DNA from: Promethearchaeum syntrophicum
Lineage (GTDB): Archaea; Asgardarchaeota; Lokiarchaeia; Sigyniarchaeales; Promethearchaeaceae
Reading direction: 5' to 3'
Assembly (NCBI RefSeq): GCF_008000775.2
Contig: NZ_CP042905.2
Location: 1,170,001 to 1,202,000, forward strand
DNA: 32,000 bases
Position numbers and translations under genes: made by a program
Part shown: positions 8,487-17,927 of the stretch, piece after piece
How the letters are laid out: every line of letters begins with the position of its first letter
Position numbering within the stretch: position 1 is the first letter of the stretch
Notes under the pieces: model-generated
The model's input: only the letters and a program-made list of their open reading frames with translations
What the model was told of the DNA's origin: nothing
Databases searched by the model: none

Positions 8487-10640
8487 CTAGATATATCTAA
8501 ATTCACCTGATAATTCAATATCTTTTGAAGATCTTCCAATTAACACTGCAAAATCTCCCTCCTCTACCTTCCAATCATGAATTTCAGCATCATAAAATGC
8601 CAAATGAGAGGGATTTATTGAAAATTGTACTGTTTTAGTTTCTCCAGGCTCTAACGATATTTTTTCAAATCCCTTCAATTCTTTTTCAGGTCGAATTAAT
8701 GAACATTCTAGATCTTTTAGATAAAGTTGAACAACTTCCATGCCTCCCCGCTTTCCAGAATTGGTGATGTCTACTAAAACTTCTAAGGATTCATCCTTAC
8801 TTAATTTATTAGAACTTAATCTCAAATTATTGTAGGTAAAAGATGTATAAGATAACCCAAAACCAAAAGGAAATTGTGGTTCGATTTTATTAGTATCAAA
8901 ATGCCTATATCCCACCATTATGCCCTCCAAATAGTTTATTGGGAAAGAATTCCAACGATATCTTTTCGCTGTTCTAGGGATTATATGTTTAAATGATAGC
9001 CTTGATGGATGTTTCACATAGTTTTTAATACTAGAGAAATCATTCCAATTTTTTGCCATGGTAAAAGGTAATTTTCCTGAAGGGTTAATTTTACCAAATA
9101 AAATTTCTGCAATAACATCTCCTGAATTTTGACCCAAATAAAAACTAAGTAAAACTGCTGGAACTTTATGAATCCAAGATTCTGTTTTAATTCCACCTCC
9201 AGCATTAAGTACCACTATAGTAGAAGGATTTAAATTGACAACTTTTTTAATTAATTGGTTTTGTTTGTATGGCATCTTCCAATCTCTATCCCAAGATTCC
9301 CCATCTTGCAATTTTGATAATCCAACAGCTAAAATCACATAATCTGCAGATTCTATTACTTTTGCATCTGTTGGTTTAATTTTATCTTTTTTGATTGGGA
9401 GGTAAATAAGTTCGGTCATATTGCCAATAGTAGATTGTACCGCTTTCAATATACTATGAGTTCCATAAGCAATAACATCACATGCTCCCCCTCCACTTGT
9501 AGGGGTTGGATTTGAATTTTTACCGAGAATTACAATTTTCTGTTTTTTATTATTATCAAGGGGTAAAATCGCATTATCATTTTTAAGCAAGACGGGGCAT
9601 TCTTGTGCAACTTCTTTAGCGATTATATCATGTTTTCTTCCATATTCTAAATATTTTCCACTAACAGGTTTCCCATATACACCTGCATTTAAAAATGTCC
9701 TCAATAAGTTAATTACCCGATCATTGATCATTCCTTGTGAAATTTTCCCTTTTTGAAGTAAATCTTCTATTTTTTTATGGGAATAATATTTTGTTTTAGG
9801 CATTTCTAAATCCAATCCAGCCATTAATGGACCTTCGGTACTATATAATGAATACCAATCAGATATTACAAAGCCAGTAAATCCCCATTTTCTTCTTAAT
9901 ACATCGGTCAAAAGATATTTGTTTTCACTACAATGAACTCCATTCAAAAGATTGTAAGAACACATTATCCCTTTTGAACCTCCACGTTGAATTGCCGCTT
10001 TGAATGCGGGAAAATATATTTCATGTAATGTTCTTTCATCAACAATTGAGTTACTACGATGTCGATTATAATCTGAATTATTACATACGAAATGTTTTAC
10101 AGTTGTTATAATGCCGTGGTTTTGAACGCCTTGAATATAAGGAACGACTAATTCACTTGCTAAAAATGGATCTTCTCCTAAATATTCGAAATTTCTTCCG
10201 TTTGTTGGGACTCTGTAAATATTAATGCCTGGAGCTAAAAGAATTGAAACGCCTTTAGCGCGACATTCTTTGCCGATAATATCTCCTACTTTTTGCATTA
10301 CATCACGATTCCAACTAGCAGCCATAGCAATTGGAGATGAAAAAGCAGTACATCGGCCAAAATTATGAACTCCTGCGGTTGCATCTGAACACCATAATCT
10401 TTGTAATCCTAAACGCGGGATTGCTGAAATTCCAAATTCATTTTCTCCCGAAATTAAATCAATTTTTTCATTCAACGTCATCTCTCCAAATAAATGAGAT
10501 ATCATACCATTAATGTCTAAATTTTGGTTTACTTTAGGAAGTAGTATCTTTTCGTTTTTAGGATGGCTTTTTTCAGCAAAATTTTTATCTCTTTTAGTTA
10601 TTACTTCTGTAATTATCTTTCTTAGAAATTTTCCATGCAT
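8487..10640 (-). CDS. Glycoside hydrolase family 3 (beta-glucosidase-like) with C-terminal fibronectin III-like domain
   Basis: 717 aa. 'EKIDLISGENEFGISAIPRLGLQRLWCSDATAGVH', 'KHFVCNNSDYNRH', nucleophile region 'GFTGFVISDWYS', 'FPFGFGLSYTSFTYNNLRLS', C-terminal 'ELKGFEKISLEPGETKTVQF'. No obvious signal peptide. Confidence 0.95.
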   Translation of the reverse strand: MHGKFLRKIITEVITKRDKNFAEKSHPKNEKILLPKVNQNLDINGMISHLFGEMTLNEKIDLISGENEFGISAIPRLGLQRLWCSDATAGVHNFGRCTAFSSPIAMAASWNRDVMQKVGDIIGKECRAKGVSILLAPGINIYRVPTNGRNFEYLGEDPFLASELVVPYIQGVQNHGIITTVKHFVCNNSDYNRHRSNSIVDERTLHEIYFPAFKAAIQRGGSKGIMCSYNLLNGVHCSENKYLLTDVLRRKWGFTGFVISDWYSLYSTEGPLMAGLDLEMPKTKYYSHKKIEDLLQKGKISQGMINDRVINLLRTFLNAGVYGKPVSGKYLEYGRKHDIIAKEVAQECPVLLKNDNAILPLDNNKKQKIVILGKNSNPTPTSGGGACDVIAYGTHSILKAVQSTIGNMTELIYLPIKKDKIKPTDAKVIESADYVILAVGLSKLQDGESWDRDWKMPYKQNQLIKKVVNLNPSTIVVLNAGGGIKTESWIHKVPAVLLSFYLGQNSGDVIAEILFGKINPSGKLPFTMAKNWNDFSSIKNYVKHPSRLSFKHIIPRTAKRYRWNSFPINYLEGIMVGYRHFDTNKIEPQFPFGFGLSYTSFTYNNLRLSSNKLSKDESLEVLVDITNSGKRGGMEVVQLYLKDLECSLIRPEKELKGFEKISLEPGETKTVQFSINPSHLAFYDAEIHDWKVEEGDFAVLIGRSSKDIELSGEFRYI

Positions 10641-10743
10641 GTTAAAGTAATTAGCCTTTGATTTTCTAAAATAACTTTTTAATTTTTAATTTTATATATG
10701 AGAAAGTTAATTTAAGAATGAAAAAAATAGTTTTAATATTAGT

Positions 10744-11145
10744 ATGAGTCAACTTGTTCGGAAAAGGTATTTTTGTCGGATATGCCAAAAATCGCACACG
10801 ATAAAATTTCCTCGTCATTTTGCTGAAAATCAGAAACGCTATCCATTTGTTTTTTTCTCAATTCATAAATATTCTGGGGATTCGGATGAATTTATTGAAA
10901 AAAATGGAGCAGACATTATAACCACGTTTTATGTTGATAAAAACTTAACAATTCGGGATGTGGATGTTGCTTGGGAAGACTCTAGTTCAAATATAATGTC
11001 GGAAAACGATACTGAGAATTTAGTCATGTTTTTAACTGAAACAATTAATGAAATGCAAGAACAATATGACTCCTTATTGGAGAAATATACAAAATTACTC
11101 GAATCTTCAGATAAAAAGGATAAAAACTATGAAGAAAAACTCTAA
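10744..11145 (+). CDS. Hypothetical protein with N-terminal CxxCxxxH putative metal-binding motif
   Basis: 133 aa 'MSQLVRKRYFCRICQKSHTIKFPRHFAENQKRYPFVFFSIHKYSGDSDEFI...ITTFYVDKNLTIRDVDV' then a helical acidic C-terminus. TAA overlaps the CbiO stop tail-to-tail. Confidence 0.75.
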   Translation: MSQLVRKRYFCRICQKSHTIKFPRHFAENQKRYPFVFFSIHKYSGDSDEFIEKNGADIITTFYVDKNLTIRDVDVAWEDSSSNIMSENDTENLVMFLTETINEMQEQYDSLLEKYTKLLESSDKKDKNYEEKL

Positions 11146-11987
11146 TTATCTTTTCTAGTGTTTTTAAGTAATTCAAGAAAATCATTAATATCTCTTGGAA
11201 AATTCATTTTTTCTTTCAAATGTAATTCCTCTTTTAATTTAAGATACAAGATAGATAAAATTGGAAGATCTAAATTTGCTTTTTGTAGAATTTCCATCTT
11301 ATTATATAAATCATTGATAAGTCCATCAAATAAAATCTCTCCTTGATGAATTACAATTGTTCTTTTAATGAATTTAGGAATTTTATCGAGATCATGGCTT
11401 ATTATTAACATAGATTTTTTTTTTTGATTTAAATTTTCAAAGATTTCTGAAAATTCTTTTTTTGTTCGAGGATCTAAATTTGCATAAGGCTCATCCAGCA
11501 AATAAATCTCGGGATCCATTGAAAATATTGAAGCAAATGCTATTTTTTTCTTCTCTCCATATGATAAATGAAAGGTCTTTTTATCAATTAGATTATGCAA
11601 TTTTAATGTATCTATAACATATTTAATCCTTGATTTCAATTCCTTTCCATTAATTCCTAAATTAGAAGGACCAAATTCAAGTTCTTGTAGGACCGTCGGC
11701 AGAAAAAGTTGATCATTAGGGTTCTGAAACATTATACCAACTCTTTTTCGAATATCTTTTTCATTTTTCCTATTTACTTCTTTCCCACTAATTTCTATTT
11801 TCCCCGTATAATTTGGTAATAAGTTAAGTAAATTAAGGAAGAAAGTTGATTTTCCTGAACCATTTTCACCTAAAATTATTAGAGATTCCCCTTTTTTCAA
11901 TTCTAGATTAATTCCCTTCAAAATTTCATGCTGGGGGAAAAAGGAGAAGTGTAAATCTTTAACCTTTATTTGAAGTTCATTTGACAT
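11142..11987 (-). CDS. cbiO: Cobalt/nickel ECF-type ABC transporter ATPase (CbiO/NikO-like)
   Basis: Walker A 'GENGSGKST', Q-loop 'MFQNPNDQLFLPTV', signature 'LSYGEKKKIAFA', Walker B 'IYLLDEP', in the same operon as CbiQ and CbiM. Confidence 0.92.
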   Translation of the reverse strand: MSNELQIKVKDLHFSFFPQHEILKGINLELKKGESLIILGENGSGKSTFFLNLLNLLPNYTGKIEISGKEVNRKNEKDIRKRVGIMFQNPNDQLFLPTVLQELEFGPSNLGINGKELKSRIKYVIDTLKLHNLIDKKTFHLSYGEKKKIAFASIFSMDPEIYLLDEPYANLDPRTKKEFSEIFENLNQKKKSMLIISHDLDKIPKFIKRTIVIHQGEILFDGLINDLYNKMEILQKANLDLPILSILYLKLKEELHLKEKMNFPRDINDFLELLKNTRKDN

Positions 11988-11993
11988 TATATT

Positions 11994-12824
11994 TCACACA
12001 AAAAATATCCAAATTAACGTATTTAGTAGAATCATACATAGTAGGTAAATTAATGTATTCAACAATTTCGGTCTGTAATTGATATCAGGGAGATCTCCGT
12101 TATAACAGCGAGCTAGCATTGCTTGATGAATTTTTGTTCCATGATTAAATGATCTAAGTAATAGCATTGAAAAAATTGTGCCAAGATGAGTGAACCTTTT
12201 TTTAAAAGCATATTTTTCAAACCGACGGCAATCATCAGCACGCAAAATTTTAATAAGATTTTCAAAAAATAAGAAAAAATATCTATATGTCAACGTAATA
12301 ATTGTGATTAATACAGATGGAAATCTTATTTGGTGAAGAATATGGATGATATGGGTAAAGGGAGTTGATAGAGTAAAGAATGTTATAATTGCTATATTTG
12401 CCAGTATTCTTAATAAGAAATTTCGTGCTAAATTAAATCCTAGTTGAGTAACTGTAAAATTAATAGAAAAAATATTAAAAGACCATATTGTTAAACCTTC
12501 ACTGGAAAAAAGCAGAGGAATCGTAACAATTAATGGAAAAAGAATACCTAATACGACTAAAAACTTGATATAACGCTTTATATTAATCTTCAATAGGGTA
12601 GCTGAAAGAATCAAGACAATGCTAATAACAATGTAACTTATATATGCATTTTCTGTTTTTATTGCATAATTTACAACAACAATCATCCATAAAGTTGAAA
12701 TTAATTTAATAAGTGGAAAAATATAAAATAGACGAGTTTTCTGAGTAGATTCATATTCTGTATTTAAATAATCCTGAAAATTTTCATTAACACGAACCAA
12801 AAAACTCATAAATTTATCCTTCAA
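11994..12824 (-). CDS. cbiQ: ECF transporter transmembrane T component (CbiQ/NikQ-like)
   Basis: 276 aa with multiple TM helices. CbiQ-type coupling region 'AKIHQAMLARCYNGDLPDINY'. Confidence 0.88.
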   Translation of the reverse strand: MKDKFMSFLVRVNENFQDYLNTEYESTQKTRLFYIFPLIKLISTLWMIVVVNYAIKTENAYISYIVISIVLILSATLLKINIKRYIKFLVVLGILFPLIVTIPLLFSSEGLTIWSFNIFSINFTVTQLGFNLARNFLLRILANIAIITFFTLSTPFTHIIHILHQIRFPSVLITIITLTYRYFFLFFENLIKILRADDCRRFEKYAFKKRFTHLGTIFSMLLLRSFNHGTKIHQAMLARCYNGDLPDINYRPKLLNTLIYLLCMILLNTLIWIFFV

Positions 12825-13158
12825 TAACTATTTGAGTGTTTTTTTCTTTATTTTTTCCTTTGATTAGAGTTAGTTTTAGTAATCCAAAAATAATTCCAAA
12901 AGTAATGATAGATCCAATAAGCCCAATGAGCCAAGAATGAATATAAGTATTATTTATGTTTAAAAATTCATAATCGGGAAAGAGGGCTCCTTCAAATGAA
13001 AAATCTGATTCAGGTTCATATTCATCATTACCTGTTAAATCAAATTGAACTTGTTCAAGTCCGTCAGGTCCGGCAATCATAGGCATCCATAAAAATGCTG
13101 CCAATATAATTAAAGTAAATGTAAATGTAAATAATAAAACTTTATTTTCACGTTTCAT
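12814..13158 (-). CDS. PDGLE-domain protein, CbiN/NikN-like small membrane component
   Basis: 114 aa with two TM helices flanking 'MAGPDGLEQVQFDL' (PDGLE motif). Overlaps cbiQ by 11 bp. Confidence 0.88.
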   Translation of the reverse strand: MKRENKVLLFTFTFTLIILAAFLWMPMIAGPDGLEQVQFDLTGNDEYEPESDFSFEGALFPDYEFLNINNTYIHSWLIGLIGSIITFGIIFGLLKLTLIKGKNKEKNTQIVIEG

Positions 13159-13167
13159 ATCAATTCA

Positions 13168-13860
13168 TTAACTCCATAGTGGTAATTTTTCTATTGGGGG
13201 GATATATTCAGGGGCATATTTTGCAAAAAAGCCAACAATAACCATAGTAATCAAACCTTCCCCTATTCCAATCAAAGCGTGATAACCAAGCATCGCAGGA
13301 ATTGTTAGTCCTATTCCATAAGGAAATTTTTCAGAGATTCCAATTTCAATTCCGCAGCATAAAGATGCAATAATAATTGAAATGTATGCTCCTACAAAAG
13401 CACTAATTAAAAGCCATTTTGTCTCCGCCGATTTTTCTCCACTTTGATTATCTGAATTTGTTTTGACGGTCTTCTTTCTAATTATCCAATAAGTGAAATA
13501 TCCAGGCATTGTGGCAATTCCCATATTGAAAATGTTTGCGCCGAGTGCTAACAACCCTCCATCTCCAAACATTAATGATTGTATTAGTAAAATCACTGAA
13601 ATCATGATAAACGCTGTCGATGGTGAGAAGAATATTGCCATTAGTACAAATCCCAACAGATGTCCGCTTGTTCCGGCTAAAACTGGAAAGTTTAACATTT
13701 GCAATGTAAAAACCATAGCGGTTATTACACTTATGATAGGAATTTGCTCTGGTTTTACAGATCCTCTCATTTTTAATAATGAGAATATCCCATATCCAAA
13801 AACAATAATCCAAAGGGGTATCAAAATGGATAAATCTAGTAATCCTTCTCCGATATGCAT
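13168..13860 (-). CDS. cbiM: Cobalt/nickel transport S component (CbiM/NikM)
   Basis: N-terminal 'MHIGEGLLD' (metal-binding MHI start), 'MLNFPVLAGTSGHLLG', 'ALGANIFNMGIATMPGYFTYW'. Confidence 0.92.
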   Translation of the reverse strand: MHIGEGLLDLSILIPLWIIVFGYGIFSLLKMRGSVKPEQIPIISVITAMVFTLQMLNFPVLAGTSGHLLGFVLMAIFFSPSTAFIMISVILLIQSLMFGDGGLLALGANIFNMGIATMPGYFTYWIIRKKTVKTNSDNQSGEKSAETKWLLISAFVGAYISIIIASLCCGIEIGISEKFPYGIGLTIPAMLGYHALIGIGEGLITMVIVGFFAKYAPEYIPPIEKLPLWS

Positions 13861-14201
13861 GAAGTTACACCAATTTTTAATATCAAATATTAATAATACT
13901 AATTTTTAATGAAAATTAAATAATACTATTTCATAAAATGATCATACTATAGAGTCTGGATAAATATGATTTTTGATTTTTCGAGTGAGGAAAATATTAT
14001 TGGAAATTTTCTAAAATAGTTGTTTTTTAATTAAAAATTACTCTATTTTAATACAAGTAAAAGTTTCAACTCCATTAATTATTCAAATTTCATTATTATT
14101 GACAAAAAAATGTGAGAAAAAAGTTATAATATATAGCAGAAATAAATAATACAATAAGTTTTCTCTATAATTTTGTCGACAATAGATTAAATTTAAATAG
14201 T

Positions 14202-14768
14202 TTGGGTCGAAAAATAGATTTAAGTTTAGATTTTAAGGAAAATTTTTTTGAGTTGGTGGCATTGGGTTTGGAAACAAATTTTGGAGAATCAGATTCATTC
14301 GGAGGTTATTATCATATACCTAAATATCTAGAGGACTTAATCGATGATTCTGTTAAACAAGATTTCTTAGAAGTATTACCTTTAAACCCCGAAGACCGAA
14401 AGCATGAAATGTATAAAGCGATGAAATTTTCTTTTGAGGCAAGTCATATAGATATACTTTATGAACGAAAAGTCATAAGTAAAGACGAAAATTCCCTAGT
14501 AATACCACATGAACAATTTCTTTTTGGATTTAGACCTAGTGAAGGATTATGTATTTTCACACAAAAAAAACAACATAAGGAGATGTTGTGTGATGGACCT
14601 ATTCGTGAACTTGCAAAACACTGTGTATTGACGCAAAGCTTGCAATATGCTTTAGTTCCTCTAAACGAATTTAGAGTTTGGAGCTACATTCCTGTTTGTT
14701 GTAGCGAGGATACATGCCCTTTAAAAACTCGTCCTTTCAACTTGAGACGAGATTTATTTGAAGATTAA
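14202..14768 (+). CDS. Hypothetical protein (188 aa), Cys-containing C-terminus
   Basis: TTG-start ORF with coherent, mostly soluble sequence and no recognised family. Divergent from cbiM. Confidence 0.65.
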   Translation: MGRKIDLSLDFKENFFELVALGLETNFGESDSFGGYYHIPKYLEDLIDDSVKQDFLEVLPLNPEDRKHEMYKAMKFSFEASHIDILYERKVISKDENSLVIPHEQFLFGFRPSEGLCIFTQKKQHKEMLCDGPIRELAKHCVLTQSLQYALVPLNEFRVWSYIPVCCSEDTCPLKTRPFNLRRDLFED

Positions 14769-14824
14769 TGATACCAAATTTATGTTTTCAAAGTAAAATT
14801 TTTGTTAAAATTAATTATCTCTTT

Positions 14825-15541
14825 TCATAAATGCAATTTTAATCCGTTGTACAGTTCTATTGCCAAACGTTCTGTAATCTGATTTAGAATCAAATCATCT
14901 GGATGAACTTTAGTTTCAAGAATTTTCTTTTCTAGATGCCCCGCTTCGTAGGATAGTCTTTCTTTTTCATCAAAAGTTAGAGATTGTGGGTCTTTAATAT
15001 ATTGTTGGACAAGCTTAATCGGAGATTTTTGGTAGTATCGAAAAAGATCACCATAATTTTCAGAAAAGAATAGAGATTGACCTTTAGATAACAAGTTATC
15101 AGTAGGGATGTGAGCAATTTTTAATAATTCTAAGGGAATATTGGATAGACTTACAATTGGATTATCGGTTAAATCGAGATGTTGCAGATTTACAAGATTT
15201 CTGAAACTTTCCGGTAAAGAAGTTAATTTATTTCCCCATAGTTGGAGTTTTCGAACTTTTACAAGATTTCCGAAACTTTCCGGTAAATTTAATAATTGGT
15301 TCCAACCTAAATCGAGTTCTTGAAGATAAACAAGATTCCCAATATTTTCTGGTAAAGATATTAAATTTTTAATACCTGTAATTCTTAATTTGATAATTTG
15401 ACCATTTTTAACGTAATATCTTGGCCGTGGGGATATTTCTACCCATTTTCTTAATTCCCACTTTTTTTTTCTGTATATTTTTAATTCTGGGTATTTTTTT
15501 TTGAACGCTTTGAATACTGCTTTTTCTGAGTCTGAAATCAT
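14825..15541 (-). CDS. Leucine-rich repeat protein
   Basis: 23-residue repeats: LPENIGNLVYLQELDLGWNQLLN / LPESFGNLVKVRKLQLWGNKLTS / LPESFRNLVNLQHLDLTDNPIVS. Confidence 0.93.
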   Translation of the reverse strand: MISDSEKAVFKAFKKKYPELKIYRKKKWELRKWVEISPRPRYYVKNGQIIKLRITGIKNLISLPENIGNLVYLQELDLGWNQLLNLPESFGNLVKVRKLQLWGNKLTSLPESFRNLVNLQHLDLTDNPIVSLSNIPLELLKIAHIPTDNLLSKGQSLFFSENYGDLFRYYQKSPIKLVQQYIKDPQSLTFDEKERLSYEAGHLEKKILETKVHPDDLILNQITERLAIELYNGLKLHL

Positions 15542-15561
15542 TAAAAGTCACAATAATAATA

Positions 15562-17313
15562 TTATTTTCTTGTCTTATCCCATTCTTTTTCCAATATTTT
15601 ATACGATAATTTTTGTGAAATAAAATTCCAAGGGTGTTGCCCAAATGAATTTCCTTTCATATCTTCAAAGAACTTAATAATATATTCATTCTCTCCAAGA
15701 TGTTCCCGTCGAGTTATTCGATACCATTTTTTAATCTCTCGACCAGTTTGATAATATTTTAAAATTAATTCACTCATTTCTGTTCCCCCCAAAGATAATA
15801 GTGTTTGGATGTAAGCTTCCTCAACGGGTAAGGTTTCAAATTTTATTTGCTTATCGCCCTTTAACGGATCATATATTTTTTTAAGTTTTTCTTTTAAAAT
15901 AATTAGATTTGCATCAGAAAAATTATCAATGTATGATTCAAATGGAGTATGTGCTTTAGGAATAAAGGGATTTATGCTTAGTCGAACTCCTTGTTTTCCA
16001 AAACCTAGCGCTGCAATTTCTTTAACTAATTTAGGAATCGCATCAATATCTTCTTTCGTTTCAAATGGCAGCCCATATAATATATAGAGTTTGACATTAG
16101 GAATGCCTGCTTCCAGTAATAATTGTGCTCCTTTCAAAATTTCTTCATTACTAATTTTCTTATTAATTTTTAAACGGAGTCGATCTGTTCCCGTTTCTGG
16201 TGCAAAAGCTACCGTTCTCATTCCACTTTTTGCTATTAATGAAGCTAATTCTTCAGATAATGTTTCGATTCGGATAGAAGGGATTGAAAATTCTACTTTC
16301 TGATCAATTAAGAATTTACATAATTCTCTAAATTTCGGATGATCTGTTACCGATGAACCAATTAAGACTACCTTGTTTACGCTAGAATTTTTAATTCCAG
16401 AAATTATAATTTCCTTCAAATTTTCAAGACTACGATTTCTAAAAGGTTTTAATTGACTTCCAGTCATACAAAATCGACAAAAATGGGGACATCCACGATT
16501 TATTTCTGCGTAGAAAGATTCTCCAAAAGGCAATGGATATTTTTCATGGGGTTTAACTTTAGGTATTATTTGTCTAATTGGATGTGGAAATTCATCTAAA
16601 TTTTTAACATAAACACGTTCGATATCACCATAATCTGTAAAGTTATAAATTTGAGGGATCCAAAAACCCGGTGTATTTTGGAGTGTCTTTAAAAAATTTC
16701 TTTTAATTTGGGCATAAGTATGTAAAGAATTTGAATTAATCGAATTAAACCATGAATTTATCATTACATCATTAACTGGTTCAATTTCTCCAATAAAAGC
16801 GGCATCTATAAATGGTTCTAATGGTAACGGATTTGAACGAATAACAGGCCCGCCTGCTAATATTATTGGAAAAATTTCTTCTTCTTCATTAATTATTTCA
16901 TTTTCTCCATGAATCTTTTTTGACATCCTATCATTTCTAAGAAATGGAATATGGCTATTATCTAATATCCATACCAAATTCGGAAAATCAAGTTCATAAT
17001 TAATCGAAAACGCAATAATATCAAATTTTTTTAATGGCATTTGGTTTTCCATACTTCGGATCGCTGGGTAAAACCGGGCAGGATTAGTATTAGAAACAAA
17101 ATTTGGAGGTAAATTCTTAGATTTAAAGGTTTTAATCTCTTTATTAGAGGGCATGAAGAAACGTTCACAAATTACGTTGGGGAATTTATTCCATAGGGCG
17201 TAAAGTGTTTGAATTGTTAAACCAGCCATTGAAGAATATATATTAGGGTAAACTAAAGCTATCCTTAAATGATCTTCACGCCATGGTTTTTTAATCATAT
17301 TCAATTCATGCAT
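15562..17313 (-). CDS. Radical SAM protein with N-terminal B12-binding-like domain
   Basis: 583 aa. N-terminal Rossmann-like region 'LRIALVYPNIYSSMAG' and 'IIAFSINYELDFPNLVWIL', SAM cluster 'CPHFCRFCMTG' (CxxxCxxC), and 'TVAFAPETGTDRLRLKINKKIS'. Confidence 0.92.
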   Translation of the reverse strand: MHELNMIKKPWREDHLRIALVYPNIYSSMAGLTIQTLYALWNKFPNVICERFFMPSNKEIKTFKSKNLPPNFVSNTNPARFYPAIRSMENQMPLKKFDIIAFSINYELDFPNLVWILDNSHIPFLRNDRMSKKIHGENEIINEEEEIFPIILAGGPVIRSNPLPLEPFIDAAFIGEIEPVNDVMINSWFNSINSNSLHTYAQIKRNFLKTLQNTPGFWIPQIYNFTDYGDIERVYVKNLDEFPHPIRQIIPKVKPHEKYPLPFGESFYAEINRGCPHFCRFCMTGSQLKPFRNRSLENLKEIIISGIKNSSVNKVVLIGSSVTDHPKFRELCKFLIDQKVEFSIPSIRIETLSEELASLIAKSGMRTVAFAPETGTDRLRLKINKKISNEEILKGAQLLLEAGIPNVKLYILYGLPFETKEDIDAIPKLVKEIAALGFGKQGVRLSINPFIPKAHTPFESYIDNFSDANLIILKEKLKKIYDPLKGDKQIKFETLPVEEAYIQTLLSLGGTEMSELILKYYQTGREIKKWYRITRREHLGENEYIIKFFEDMKGNSFGQHPWNFISQKLSYKILEKEWDKTRK

Positions 17314-17555
17314 TACAATTTATCAAGATCATTTCTCTTCTAAATTTTTTCAATCACAAATGAAACTTATTCTAACATAAAATGTAGTATTGCGAAGTTT
17401 TCAAAATAAAAAATATTTTCTGGCATTGTTTTTCCTTTTTTTTGATGAAATTAAAATTATCCCCAACCTTAAATGTAGTTAAATTTTCTTGGAATTTTTC
17501 CATTGAACAAGGATAAATACAGATGGGACGCTTAGCGTAATAGAAGTTGATCTTT

Positions 17556-17927
17556 ATGATCCTAACTTACAAAAATTTAACTGAAGAACGAGAGATTTAC
17601 TGGATGCTTAAACAAAATTACTTTGATGAATTTGAATATTATAGTGGAATAATTGAAAAATATGAAAATTCACGTAATACCATTAAAGATTTTTGTATTT
17701 CTACTTTTGTTTCACAAGAGATTATTGAGATTATGAATCAATATAAAAATATAATCAATTCTAATCCAAAATACACGGAAATCATGGATTGTATATTAAA
17801 AAATACTATCCTACTATTACAATCATTCCATATTGATGAAAATAACAACCAATATAAATTCTATTCACAATTGGAAACTCATGAACGAGAATTAATCAGC
17901 TCTCAACTAATTAATTTATGTTATTGA
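17556..17927 (+). CDS. Small hypothetical protein (about 123 aa)
   Basis: ORF track gives TTG at 17547. The ATG at 17556 is an equally plausible start. Helical/charged, no known family. Confidence 0.45.
   Translation: MILTYKNLTEEREIYWMLKQNYFDEFEYYSGIIEKYENSRNTIKDFCISTFVSQEIIEIMNQYKNIINSNPKYTEIMDCILKNTILLLQSFHIDENNNQYKFYSQLETHERELISSQLINLCY

Noticed and set aside
13478-13909. Overlapping ORFs 13478..13813 (-) and 13493..13909 (+)
   Set aside because: Shadow frames inside cbiM, which has clear family signatures on the minus strand.
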